The notes: a model not told the origin generated them from the letters alone. A DNA stretch of 62,442 nucleotides, filler included, from 7 parts of 7 records of this genome joined end to end with filler, not necessarily neighbours in it, one strand, 5' to 3'; counted from the first letter of the whole stretch, positions 17,486 to 27,443 are shown. Translations and numbers: made by a program.

Positions 17486-19929
17486 ACCTTGCCGAATATC
17501 GCAACAAGAATGAGTGTCTCGCCGATCTCCTGCCATGGGCGGCTCTGGTCGCACCGGGGATTATCCTGAACAAGGATGGCAGCTTTCAGCGGACATTTCG
17601 GTTTCGGGGGCCCGATCTCGAAAGTGCGACCGAGGCCGAACTGGTCGGGTTCTGTGCGCGGGTCAATAATGTGCTCAAACGTCTCGGCTCGGGCTGGGCG
17701 CTGTTCTTCGAGGCAAGCCGAAGCGAGGCCGAGACCTATCCGGTGTCTGACTTTCCCGATCCGGCCTCATGGCTGGTCGATGAGGAACGCCGGGCCGCCT
17801 TTGCCGAGGCACGTCAGGGGGCACATTTCGAAAGCCGCTATTATCTGACCTTGCTGTTCATACCGCCGCCTGATCTCCAGTCACGCGGCACAAAGCTGTT
17901 TGTGGAAACCGGCCGGAAGGAAGAAGGACGGAACTGGCGGCTGGAGCTGGAACGCTTCACCGAGGATACGGAGCGGGTGCTGGACCTGCTGGCGGGCTTC
18001 ATGCCCGAGGTCGTGCCGTTGGATGACGACGAGACGCTGGCGTTTCTCCATGACACCGTCTCGACCAAACACCATCCGGTGCATGCGCCCGAGATTCCGG
18101 TCTATCTTGATGCCATCCTGGCCGATACGCCGCTTGTGGGTGGTCTTGAGCCGATGCTGGGTGATTGGCATCTGCGCAGCATCACCATACTGGGTTTTCC
18201 CGATACGACCCGTCCCGGCGTGCTGGATGCGCTCAATCATCAGGATTTTGCTTATCGCTGGGTCTCACGTTACATACCTCTGGACCGTACTGACGCCAAT
18301 AGAGTCCTGACCCGCCTGCGCCGGCAATGGTTCGCCAAGCGCAAATCGGTTGCCGCCATTCTGCGTGAGGTGATGACCAATGAGGCGTCAGCACTTGTTG
18401 ATAGTGATGCGGACAACAAGGCGGTGGATGCCGATGCCGCCCTGCAGGCGCTGGGCGGTGATCATGTCGGGTTCGGTTATCTGACGGTTACGGTGACGGT
18501 CTTCGATTCTGATCTTCAGGCCGTCGAGGACAAGATCAGAACGGTCGAGCGGATCGTCAATGGGCATGGTTTCACAACAATCCGCGAGACGATTAATGCG
18601 GTCGAAGCCTGGCTTGGCAGTCTGCCGGGCCACGTCTATGCCAATGTGCGCCAGCCTTTGATCCACACGCTTAATCTGGCCCATCTCACACCACTCTCGG
18701 CGGTCTGGGCCGGGCCGATGGGTAATGCGCATCTCTCCGAGGTTACCGGGCAGTTCTGTCCACCATTGTTTTATGCACAAACCTCGGGGACCACACCCTT
18801 TCGCTTTTCCACACATATCGGCGATGTCGGGCATATGCTGATTGTCGGGCCGACCGGGGCGGGCAAGTCGGTTCTGCTCGCCCTGATGGCGATGCAGTTT
18901 CGCCGTTACCCCGATGCGCAGATCTATATGTTCGATAAGGGCAACTCGGCCCGCGCCGCGGTACTTGCCATGGGTGGGGAGCATTATCCGCTTGGCGCCA
19001 GTGAAGGCCTGTCTTTTCAGCCGCTACGCGAGATCGACGATCCGACGATTCGAAGCTGGGCGGCGGACTGGATTGCGATGCTGCTTGATCACGAGAAGGT
19101 CCGTGTGACGCCCGAGATCAAGGATATGGTCTGGTCAGCCCTTTCCAGTCTGGCAAGTGCGCCGGTCGCGGAACGGACGCTCACCGGTCTTGTCATGCTT
19201 TTACAGTCCAATGCGATCAAGGCAGCGCTTCAGCCTTATACGCTGGAAGGCCCGCTTGGCTATCTGCTTGATGCCGCCGAAGACCGGCTAACACTCTCTG
19301 ATATCCATTGTTTTGAGACCGAGGAACTGATGAACCGGGCCGGGGCGGTGCTGCCGGTTCTGACCTGGCTGTTTCATCGGCTGGAAGCGCGGTTTGATGG
19401 TCGCCCGAGCCTGCTCATTCTCGATGAGGCCTGGATCTATCTCGATAACCCGCTGTTTGCCGCGCGGATTCGTGAATGGCTCAAGGTTCTGCGCAAACGC
19501 AATGTTTCGGTGATCTTCGCCACCCAGTCGCTGGCAGATATCGCGGATTCAACCATTGCACCAGCCATCATCGAAAGTTGCCCGCAGCGGATCTTCCTGC
19601 CCAATGACCGGGCCATCGAACCGCAGGCGAGAGAGGCCTATGAGCACTTCGGTTTGAATAGTCGTCAGATCGACCTGATCGCCCAGGCCACACCCAAGCG
19701 TCACTATTACCTGCAATCCAGACAAGGTAACCGGCTGTTTGAGCTCGGGCTCGGCCCGATCGCTCTGGCCCTGTGTGGGGCCTCGGACCCGGCCGCACAG
19801 AAACGCATTGATCAGATTCTGGCCGATCACGGGCATACGGATTTTGCCCAACACTTCCTCGCGGCCAGAGGGCTGGACTGGGCCGGGGATCTGATCGGGC
19901 AGTTTTCCCGAACAGGAGAAGCCTCATGA
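17470..19929 (+). CDS. trbE: TrbE/VirB4 ATPase (start may be ATG 17479)
   Basis: MLNLAEYR, LPWAALV, GPTGAGKS, LILDEAW, FATQS. Confidence 0.96.
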   Translation: MVAMLNLAEYRNKNECLADLLPWAALVAPGIILNKDGSFQRTFRFRGPDLESATEAELVGFCARVNNVLKRLGSGWALFFEASRSEAETYPVSDFPDPASWLVDEERRAAFAEARQGAHFESRYYLTLLFIPPPDLQSRGTKLFVETGRKEEGRNWRLELERFTEDTERVLDLLAGFMPEVVPLDDDETLAFLHDTVSTKHHPVHAPEIPVYLDAILADTPLVGGLEPMLGDWHLRSITILGFPDTTRPGVLDALNHQDFAYRWVSRYIPLDRTDANRVLTRLRRQWFAKRKSVAAILREVMTNEASALVDSDADNKAVDADAALQALGGDHVGFGYLTVTVTVFDSDLQAVEDKIRTVERIVNGHGFTTIRETINAVEAWLGSLPGHVYANVRQPLIHTLNLAHLTPLSAVWAGPMGNAHLSEVTGQFCPPLFYAQTSGTTPFRFSTHIGDVGHMLIVGPTGAGKSVLLALMAMQFRRYPDAQIYMFDKGNSARAAVLAMGGEHYPLGASEGLSFQPLREIDDPTIRSWAADWIAMLLDHEKVRVTPEIKDMVWSALSSLASAPVAERTLTGLVMLLQSNAIKAALQPYTLEGPLGYLLDAAEDRLTLSDIHCFETEELMNRAGAVLPVLTWLFHRLEARFDGRPSLLILDEAWIYLDNPLFAARIREWLKVLRKRNVSVIFATQSLADIADSTIAPAIIESCPQRIFLPNDRAIEPQAREAYEHFGLNSRQIDLIAQATPKRHYYLQSRQGNRLFELGLGPIALALCGASDPAAQKRIDQILADHGHTDFAQHFLAARGLDWAGDLIGQFSRTGEAS

Positions 19930-20636
19930 AACGCATCATGTTCAAAGCCATTTCAATTGTTTTGCCAGCTCTGTTCTGGAGCCATGTGGCCCTTGCCGCC
20001 TGGCCGGTATTTGATGCAACGAACTTCGCCCAGAACATCCTGCAGGCCAGCCGGGCGCTGGAACAGATCAACAACCAGATCCGCTCGCTTCAGAACCAGG
20101 CGACGATGTTGCAGAACATGGCGCGCAATCTCGAACGGCTGGATTATTCCTCCGCCAGCCAGATGATGAGTGCGCTCGACCGGATCGATGGCTTGATGAT
20201 GCAGGCCGACGGGATCGGGTTTGATGTTGCCGAACTCGATCTGCAACTCGCCCGGCAATATCCCGACAGCTATGAGGACACCCTCAAAGCCAGTGACGCG
20301 GCGCGTGCTGCACGAGAGCGCTGGCAAAACACCATGACGGCCTATCGCAAAAGCCTGCGTTTGCAGGCCGGGCTTGCCGGCAATATCCAGCAGGACCGTC
20401 AGTTGCTCAATGATCTGGTGGCGCGAAGTCAGGGCGCTCCCGGGGCATTGGCCGCCCAGCAGACCGCCAATCAGTTGCTGGCGCTTTCGACAAAGCAGCA
20501 GATGCAGATCCAGTCGATGCTGATCGCCCAGCAACGGGCGGAAACCCAGGATCGGGCGCGGAAGGCCCAGAGTGAGGAAAGCGGGCGGGCTTTGACCCAA
20601 CGTTTCCTCGGCACATCCAGTGTTTATGACGAATAA
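19926..20636 (+). CDS. trbJ: TrbJ/VirB5
   Basis: VFDATNFAQNIL...LEQINNQI; SQGA.GAL.A.Q..NQLLAL. Confidence 0.9.
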   Translation: MKRIMFKAISIVLPALFWSHVALAAWPVFDATNFAQNILQASRALEQINNQIRSLQNQATMLQNMARNLERLDYSSASQMMSALDRIDGLMMQADGIGFDVAELDLQLARQYPDSYEDTLKASDAARAARERWQNTMTAYRKSLRLQAGLAGNIQQDRQLLNDLVARSQGAPGALAAQQTANQLLALSTKQQMQIQSMLIAQQRAETQDRARKAQSEESGRALTQRFLGTSSVYDE

Positions 20637-20653
20637 TCGGATCGGGTTCGGGT

Positions 20654-21988
20654 ATGGATGACCTTGGCATCATTGATCGCTTCATGGAGGTGTTTGGCCG
20701 CTATATCGATAGCGGCTTCGGCCTGCTATCGGGCGATGTCGGGTTTCTGACCTCCATCCTGATCGGGATTGATATCACACTGGCCGGTCTGTTCTGGGCG
20801 CTGGGTGGCGAGGACAATATTCTCGCCCGCCTGATCCGCAAAGTGCTCTATGTCGGGACCTTCGCGCTGATCCTCAATAATTTCCAAGCCCTGACCGGGA
20901 TCATCTATGCCTCATTTGCCGGGCTGGGGTTGCAAACCGTACCGGGAAGCCTGACCGCAGACGATCTGTTGCGGCCGGGCAAGATTGCTGCAACCGGCTA
21001 TGAAGCAGCCTGGCCGTTGATCGCGCAGGTCGGCAACCTGGTCGGCATTCCCGATCTCTTCGTCAATGCCCTGACCATCTTCGTACTGTTGCTGGCCTGG
21101 TTCCTGGTGATCATCGCTTTCTTCATCCTCTCGATCCAGCTCTTCATCACGGTGCTTGAGTTCAAGCTGACAGCACTTGCCGGGTTCGTATTGGTTCCGT
21201 TCGCGCTGTGGAACAAGACGGCCTTTCTGGCCGAACGCGTACTTGGCAATGTCATCTCGTCGGGCGTGAAAGTCATGGTACTCGCCGTGATTGTCGGGAT
21301 CGGTTCCACCCTGTTTACAAGTTTTACCAATGCCCTTCAGGGACAGGAACCCGACATGGCCGCGGCCATGTCGATGGTACTCGGTGCTCTGGCGCTTTTG
21401 GGGCTGGGTATCTTCGGGCCCGGTATTGCCTCGGGTCTGGTCTCAGGTGCACCTCAACTCGGTGCCGGGGCTGCACTTGGAACGGCCGGTGCAGCCGCCG
21501 GGGCGACGCTTTTGGTCGGTGGTGCTGCTTTGAGTGGTGTCGGAGCGGTTGCCGGGGGTGGTCTGGTTGCCCTGCGCGCGGCAACTGCACTTGGCGCTGG
21601 GGTCACAACGTCCTTTCAGGTGGGACGTGCCGCCTCGGGGGCGTCCGGTCTGGCCGGGACTGCTGCCGGTATGGGCGGTGTTGCCCGTGCGGCTGGAGGC
21701 AAGGCAAGTCAAACCGTGCGCTCCGTGTCGGATCGCGCCGTCAAAACACTGAAGCTGGAGGCCGAGAAGGGCAGGGCCGCGGCCTGGGCTGCAACCGGTG
21801 GCGCGCCTGCCGGATCGGCAAGCTTTCGTGCCTCCAACAGCAATAGCGCAACCGCGCCCTACTGGGCGCGACGTCTGCGTCATGAACAGAACATGCGAGC
21901 CCATCGGCATTCGACCGCGCAGGCCGTGCGCGATGGTGATCGCCCCGGTTCTGGCGCCAATCCGTCTCTCGATGAAAAGGGGGAATAG
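20654..21988 (+). CDS. trbL: TrbL/VirB6
   Basis: YIDSGFGLL, EFKLT.LAGFVLVPF, Gly/Ala-rich tail. Confidence 0.93.
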   Translation: MDDLGIIDRFMEVFGRYIDSGFGLLSGDVGFLTSILIGIDITLAGLFWALGGEDNILARLIRKVLYVGTFALILNNFQALTGIIYASFAGLGLQTVPGSLTADDLLRPGKIAATGYEAAWPLIAQVGNLVGIPDLFVNALTIFVLLLAWFLVIIAFFILSIQLFITVLEFKLTALAGFVLVPFALWNKTAFLAERVLGNVISSGVKVMVLAVIVGIGSTLFTSFTNALQGQEPDMAAAMSMVLGALALLGLGIFGPGIASGLVSGAPQLGAGAALGTAGAAAGATLLVGGAALSGVGAVAGGGLVALRAATALGAGVTTSFQVGRAASGASGLAGTAAGMGGVARAAGGKASQTVRSVSDRAVKTLKLEAEKGRAAAWAATGGAPAGSASFRASNSNSATAPYWARRLRHEQNMRAHRHSTAQAVRDGDRPGSGANPSLDEKGE

Positions 21989-22696
21989 ATGCCGTTTAAA
22001 AGATCCCTGCAGCGTTATGGTACGACGCCCGAACCCGAAACGCCCTATCAGAAGGCGGGTCAGGTTTGGGATCAGCGTATCGGATCGGCGCGCGTTCAGG
22101 CCCGAAACTGGCGATTGATGGCTTTTGGCTGTTTTGCTCTGGCCTGTTCCTTGTCAGGTGGATTGATCTGGCAATCCCTGCAAAGCCGGGTGGTGCCCTA
22201 TATCGTCGAGATCGACCGTTTCGGCGAGGCAAGAGCGATCGCACCGGTCGCGTCGGACTATCAGCCGACCGATGCGCAATTCGCCTGGTATCTGGCCCGC
22301 TTCATCAAACTGGTCCGCTCGGTCTCCACCGATCCGGTGCTGGTCCGCCAGAACTGGCTGGCAGCCTATGATTTTGTCAACGGTCAGGCCGTACAGTTCC
22401 TCAACGATTATGCCAATCGTAACGATCCCTTCGCCGGGATCGGCGAACGGAGTGTGTCGGTCGAGGTCTCAAGTGTGGTGCGCGCATCGGATCAGTCCTT
22501 CCAGATCAAATGGCAGGAACGCATCTATGAGCGCGGTGCGCTGATGGGCACCGATCGCTGGACGGCCATCCTGACCGTGATTTCCAAACCACCGATCGAT
22601 GCCGAAGAACTGCGCAAGAACCCGCTCGGGCTCTATGTCCGGGCGATCGACTGGTCGCGCGAGTTCGATACATCCTCTCCCGGATCGCAGGAGTAA
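21989..22696 (+). CDS. trbF: TrbF/VirB8
   Basis: PETPYQKA.QVWD.RIGSARVQA.NWR, NPLGLYV. Confidence 0.95.
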   Translation: MPFKRSLQRYGTTPEPETPYQKAGQVWDQRIGSARVQARNWRLMAFGCFALACSLSGGLIWQSLQSRVVPYIVEIDRFGEARAIAPVASDYQPTDAQFAWYLARFIKLVRSVSTDPVLVRQNWLAAYDFVNGQAVQFLNDYANRNDPFAGIGERSVSVEVSSVVRASDQSFQIKWQERIYERGALMGTDRWTAILTVISKPPIDAEELRKNPLGLYVRAIDWSREFDTSSPGSQE

Positions 22697-22701
22697 CGCT
22701 C

Positions 22702-23688
22702 ATGAAACACAATGCGATGATGCTTACCTGTTTGATGATGGTGCTCACGGCCTGCAAGGCGGGAACCCCACCACCTGCAATCAGCTATGATCGGGCCAGC
22801 TTCAAAGAGGCGACCATTCAGGCGGAGCCCGCACGTCCGGTCGAAATCGTTGAAGTCCCCAAACCCTTGCCCCTACCAGGGCAACTGATGCCGTTGCCAA
22901 GCCAATCACCAGCAGACAAGCTCTCGCCTGAAGAGAGGGTCGAGACGGCGAATAAGACAGCGCTTCTGGACCCCTCCAGACACGGCTATATCAATGCGGT
23001 GCAGGTCTATCCCTATAGTGAAGGCGCGTTGTATCGTCTTTATGGCGCCCCGGGGCAGGTGACCGATATTGCCCTGCAGCCCGGTGAACAACTCCGCGCC
23101 GTATCGGCCGGGGATACGGTGCGCTGGGTGATTGGCGATACCACCAGCGGATCGGGGGATAACCAACAGGTTCATATCCTGATCAAACCCTTCGCCCCGG
23201 AACTCAAAACCAATCTCATGATCGCCACCGACAGGCGGACCTATCATCTGCAAATGATCAGTACCGCAGAAACCGCGATGGCAGCGATTTCCTGGTCCTA
23301 TCCGCAGGATCGTCTGGTGATGTTACGCCGGAACAATGCCGAGGCCCTTGCGGCACAACCGGTCGATCGCAATCTGGCGCTCGAGAAGATCAGCTTTGGC
23401 TATGAGATCGAAGGAGACAATCCGTCCTGGCGGCCAATCCGGGCCTTCGATGACGGGCGCAAGGTCTATATCGAATTCCCCGCGCACATCGATCGGGGCG
23501 AGGTGCCGCCGCTGTTTGTGATCGGGGCCAATGGCGACACGCAACTGGTCAATTACCGCAAGCGCGGCACCTATTACATTGTCGATCAGCTGTTCCGGGC
23601 GGCTGAACTGCGCATGGGAACCGACCCGCAACAGGTGGTGCGGATCACACATCTCGAGGCTTCAGGTGGGGGAGCCCGCGATGACTGA
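22702..23688 (+). CDS. trbG: TrbG/VirB9
   Basis: Lipoprotein-type signal; NAVQVYP, AGDTVRW, FDDG.KVYIEFP. Confidence 0.93.
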   Translation: MKHNAMMLTCLMMVLTACKAGTPPPAISYDRASFKEATIQAEPARPVEIVEVPKPLPLPGQLMPLPSQSPADKLSPEERVETANKTALLDPSRHGYINAVQVYPYSEGALYRLYGAPGQVTDIALQPGEQLRAVSAGDTVRWVIGDTTSGSGDNQQVHILIKPFAPELKTNLMIATDRRTYHLQMISTAETAMAAISWSYPQDRLVMLRRNNAEALAAQPVDRNLALEKISFGYEIEGDNPSWRPIRAFDDGRKVYIEFPAHIDRGEVPPLFVIGANGDTQLVNYRKRGTYYIVDQLFRAAELRMGTDPQQVVRITHLEASGGGARDD

Positions 23689-24868
23689 CAGATCGAAGGA
23701 GAGTTTTGAGCTGCGCGGTCGACCGGATGCCCGGATTGTTCGCTTCCGACGCAGTATCGTGATCGGTGTCACCGCGCTGGGATCGGGGGCGCTTCTCGGC
23801 ATCGCGATGATGGCTTTGCAAACGCCGTCGCTGCGACAAGACAACGATAATGACGAGCTTTATCATGCGAGGCAGCAGGCACGACCCGATCAGTTGGAAA
23901 ATCTGCCCAAGGACTATTCCGAGATAAAACAGGACGTGCCGAAGCTTGGCCCGCCCTTGCCCGGTGATCTGGGGCGGCCGATTGTGGCGGCCCAACGGGC
24001 CCAGGGAATGGATGTCACGTCCGGTGAACTTTCCCTGGCCGAGCAACGGCAAGCTCAACAGGCGATCGATGCCCGGGAGTCCGGTGTGTTCTTCTCGCTG
24101 GCCAATGCAGTGTCGTCCGAACCCTCGAACAGTCAAGCTTCGGAAAATCGAGCAACGGTAAATGGGAATGTTGGCTCAATTGCAACTGGTACCGATCCGA
24201 ATGCGGTTCCGGATGAGCGGCAGCGCAAGCTCGACTTCATGCGCAAATATGACGATGGCGGGATTTATAATCCACATGTGATGGAAACCCCGGTCTCGCC
24301 CTGGCAGGTCATGGCGGGCAGCATCATTCCGGCCAGTCTGGTCACCGGGATCAATTCCGATCTGCCCGGTCAGATCATCGCCCAGGTGGATGCCAATGTG
24401 TATGACACTGTCACCGGATCAACGGTGCTGATCCCGCAGGGAGCCAGACTGATCGGGACTTATGACAGTGTGGTTGCCTTCGGCCAGTCGCGCGCGCTGG
24501 TGGTCTGGCAGCGCATCCTGATGCCCGATGGAACGTCGATCCGGCTTGATAACATGCCGGCCTCCGATGCCAGCGGCTATGCTGGGCTCGAGGATGAGGT
24601 CGATTACCACACATGGCAGTTGCTCAAGGGCATCTCAATGGCGACCCTGCTCGGGGTCGGAACCGAACTGACGCTCGGCAGCGACGAGAGCGATCTGGTG
24701 CGTGCCATTCGCGAAAGCACCCAGCAGAATGTCGATCAGGCCGGGCGGCAGATCACCGAGAAGAACCTCAATATTCAGCCGACCATCAAGATCCGTCCCG
24801 GCTGGCCGGTTCGGGTGATCGTTCAGCGCGACCTTGTGCTTAAACCCTATGGTGGAGAGCAGAGATGA
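23681..24868 (+). CDS. trbI: TrbI/VirB10
   Basis: AGSIIPASLVTGINSDLPG, IPQG.RLIG.YDS, QPTIKIRPG. Confidence 0.94.
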   Translation: MTDRSKESFELRGRPDARIVRFRRSIVIGVTALGSGALLGIAMMALQTPSLRQDNDNDELYHARQQARPDQLENLPKDYSEIKQDVPKLGPPLPGDLGRPIVAAQRAQGMDVTSGELSLAEQRQAQQAIDARESGVFFSLANAVSSEPSNSQASENRATVNGNVGSIATGTDPNAVPDERQRKLDFMRKYDDGGIYNPHVMETPVSPWQVMAGSIIPASLVTGINSDLPGQIIAQVDANVYDTVTGSTVLIPQGARLIGTYDSVVAFGQSRALVVWQRILMPDGTSIRLDNMPASDASGYAGLEDEVDYHTWQLLKGISMATLLGVGTELTLGSDESDLVRAIRESTQQNVDQAGRQITEKNLNIQPTIKIRPGWPVRVIVQRDLVLKPYGGEQR

Positions 24869-25116
24869 TGAAACTTGCCAAACTGCCCGATCGCAAACCG
24901 GTAAAACTGACGATGACCCTTAATGCCGATCTGAACCGGAAACTGCGCGATTACGCTGCGCTCTATCGTGAGACTTACGGCGAGAGCGAGGCGGTTGCCG
25001 AACTGATTCCGTTCATGCTCGAAGCGTTTCTCGAGAATGATCGGGCCTTTGTGCGGGCGCGGAAGGAGGGGATGACAGGTACCGCGCAGGAGGGGCGGCA
25101 AAGCAAATCGTCGTGA
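24865..25116 (+). CDS. DUF2274-like protein
   Basis: LAKLPDRKPVKLT...YA.LY...YG...LIP.ML.AFL..DRAF; usual position after trbI. Confidence 0.85.
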   Translation: MMKLAKLPDRKPVKLTMTLNADLNRKLRDYAALYRETYGESEAVAELIPFMLEAFLENDRAFVRARKEGMTGTAQEGRQSKSS

Positions 25117-25253
25117 GTGATGTGGGTCAGATGTCAGCTTCATACGATGCTGGGGGCGGTGTTGCAAAAGCTCGGCATTTGTGAATGGATGCCGAGGATT
25201 TGTAACATCTCGACGTATGGGTACTGCTGGCGAGATGTTTTATCAGTTCCAAA

Positions 25254-25348
25254 TTTTGATGGTTATGAGCCATCAAAAGCTGAGAAATTAAAAATTCAAT
25301 TGATGATTTTTTCAAAAAATGCGATTTTGATGGTTATGAGCCATCAAA
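25254..25348. promoter_or_regulatory. Twin palindromic operators upstream of abiEi
   Basis: TTTTGATGG-ttatgag-CCATCAAA(A) at 25254-25278 and 25325-25348. Confidence 0.75.
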
Positions 25349-26205
25349 GAACACCAAGATTGAAACCGATGCTGGAGCGGGTGCCACCCGGCTTTCTGGT
25401 TGATGCGGCATGGTTGAAGCGGTTTGGCGTCGATCCCAAATCGATCCATAACTATGCCGAGCGCGGTTGGCTGGAGCGGGTGGTCCGGGGTGTTTACCGT
25501 CGGCCACTATCACGCACGGATCATTCAGCCCGTTTGAACCGGAATTCCGCTCCCGATTGGCAGCTTGTTTTGCTGTCGATCCAGTCGATCATGGAACATG
25601 AGGTCCATCTGGGAGGATTGAGTGCACTGACCTTCCATGGCTTTTCTCATTATCTGTCCCTGGGCCATAAAGAGCGTATCTATCTCTATGGCGAGGTGCC
25701 GTCCTGGCTTGCGCGATTGCCGGGAGAAACAGAGTTTATTGTCCGCTCGACCAACCTGTTTGCGAATGATCTGGCCGGTATAGAGAACGTGGAACGTCAA
25801 CTCGAGAATATGAACGGCAATACCGGTCCGACTGTCAGTCCGTGGCATTGGCCGCTCAAGGTATCCTCACCGGAACGGGCGATCCTTGAGGCACTCGATG
25901 AATTGCCGTCGCATGCCGGTTTTGACAATCTCGACATGATTTTCCAGGGACTTGCCAATTTGCGCCCGAAACATCTTATGAAGCTCCTGCGCGCTTGTCA
26001 GAGCATCAAGGTCAAACGGCTGTTCTTTGTTTTTGCTGATCGTCATTCCCACGCCTGGCTGAAATATCTCGACAAATCTGCGATTGATTTGGGATCGGGG
26101 CCGCGGGCCTTGATCAAGGATGGAAAAATACATCCGATCTACCGGATCTCAGTCCCCGAAGCATTCATGCCCTCGGAGCAGGGGGAGGGGAGCCATAATG
26201 CGTGA
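25336..26205 (+). CDS. abiEi: Type IV TA antitoxin, AbiEi family (start 25330 or 25336)
   Basis: wHTH GWLERVVRGVYRRP; SSPERAILE.L; LRP..L.KLL..C.SIKVKRLF. Confidence 0.87.
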   Translation: MSHQRTPRLKPMLERVPPGFLVDAAWLKRFGVDPKSIHNYAERGWLERVVRGVYRRPLSRTDHSARLNRNSAPDWQLVLLSIQSIMEHEVHLGGLSALTFHGFSHYLSLGHKERIYLYGEVPSWLARLPGETEFIVRSTNLFANDLAGIENVERQLENMNGNTGPTVSPWHWPLKVSSPERAILEALDELPSHAGFDNLDMIFQGLANLRPKHLMKLLRACQSIKVKRLFFVFADRHSHAWLKYLDKSAIDLGSGPRALIKDGKIHPIYRISVPEAFMPSEQGEGSHNA

Positions 26206-27112
26206 GCGCTATGTCGAACAGGTCCGGCTGCTGATGCGCCTTCTGCCGGTGATTGCGCGAGAGGAAGTCTTCGCGCTGAAAGGCGGTTCGGCAATCAATC
26301 TTTTCTACCGAGATTTACCCCGTCTGTCTGTTGATATTGATCTGACATATTTGCCAATCGAAGATCGGGAGACGTCCCTTGCAAATATTGATCAGGCGCT
26401 CGACCGGATCATTGCAGCGGCAAGCCTCGAGAACAGGGATGTACGGTTTCAGCGGATCGCCGGTGGTGGAAATCTGGAAACCCGGATCATGGCCACACGC
26501 GGAACGACCAACGTGAAGATCGAGACGTCTCCGGTCATGCGCGGCACGGTTCTGCCACCGGTGTTGTACAAGGTATCGGATGCCGTGGAAGAGGCTTTCG
26601 GGTTTGCCGAGATGCATGTCCTTTCATTTGAGGACTTATATGCCGGGAAGCTGCATGCCGCCCTTGATCGCCAGCATCCGCGGGACCTGTTTGACGTCAA
26701 GCTGCTATATGAAAATGAAGGGCTGACTGATGATTTGCTGCGGGTTTTCCTGGTCTATGTCAGTACATCGGGACGACCGCCGCATGAGTTGCTGGCACCG
26801 GCACTTGTTCCGATTGAGGAACTGCATGATCAGGAATTTGCAGGGATGACGCGAGACGAGGTCAATCCCGTTGATTTGGAAAACGTGCGGTCGCGTTTGA
26901 TTGCCGATATCCGAAATGCCCTCACAGGGGATTTTGCCCGCTTCCTGTTGTCGCTGCATGATGGAAAGCCGGATTTTAATCTGATAGGTCTGCCTGCAGC
27001 AGAACAGCTTCCGGCGGTTCAGTGGAAGCTTCTTAATCTGCGACGTCTTAAGGATGATAACCCGGTGAAGCATGCTGAATTGCGGAGAAGTTTGGAAGAG
27101 TTGCTTTCCTGA
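26198..27112 (+). CDS. abiEii: Type IV TA toxin, AbiEii/AbiGii nucleotidyltransferase
   Basis: ALKGGSAINLF.RD.PRLSVDIDL, GKL.AALDRQHPRDLFD. Confidence 0.92.
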   Translation: MRERYVEQVRLLMRLLPVIAREEVFALKGGSAINLFYRDLPRLSVDIDLTYLPIEDRETSLANIDQALDRIIAAASLENRDVRFQRIAGGGNLETRIMATRGTTNVKIETSPVMRGTVLPPVLYKVSDAVEEAFGFAEMHVLSFEDLYAGKLHAALDRQHPRDLFDVKLLYENEGLTDDLLRVFLVYVSTSGRPPHELLAPALVPIEELHDQEFAGMTRDEVNPVDLENVRSRLIADIRNALTGDFARFLLSLHDGKPDFNLIGLPAAEQLPAVQWKLLNLRRLKDDNPVKHAELRRSLEELLS

Positions 27113-27317
27113 GATCTGTTGGATGCCATGTGATCGCCTGCCGATGTTCTTTCAACACCGCTTGTGAACGGGGAGCGCGCCAAAGGGGGAGGCCTTATCT
27201 TGAGCGGAACAAGTTGCTCTACGCCGAGAATCTTGCTTGCTTTCTCAGCGTACTCTCTTGTGATCAGGTAGTCTTATCGCGGATGGTAAAACAGGTGGAC
27301 ACGCCTAGACAACTAGG

Positions 27318-27343
27318 GTCTGGACCCATTAATGGGTCCAGAC
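27318..27343. repeat. Perfect 26-bp palindrome at contig end
   Basis: GTCTGGACCCATTAATGGGTCCAGAC equals its own reverse complement; preceded by CTAGG. Confidence 0.85.
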
Positions 27344-27443
27344 NNNNNNNNNNNNNNNNNNNNNNNNNNNNNNNNNNNNNNNNNNNNTTAATTAATTAAN
27401 NNNNNNNNNNNNNNNNNNNNNNNNNNNNNNNNNNNNNNNNNNN
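27344..27443. other. Artificial contig linker
   Basis: 44 N + TTAATTAATTAA + 44 N. Confidence 0.99.

Larger units (their letters stand above)
14236..27343. mobile_element. ICE/conjugative island fragment (Tn4371-like trb gene order) with AbiE cargo
   Basis: Recombinase + RHH + trbBCDEJLFGI + DUF2274-like + AbiEi/AbiEii; boundaries are the contig ends. Confidence 0.75.

Noticed and set aside
25117-25329. N-terminal extension of AbiEi in the ORF track
   Set aside because: Runs through the AT-rich promoter/operator region; the family-like sequence starts near 25336.
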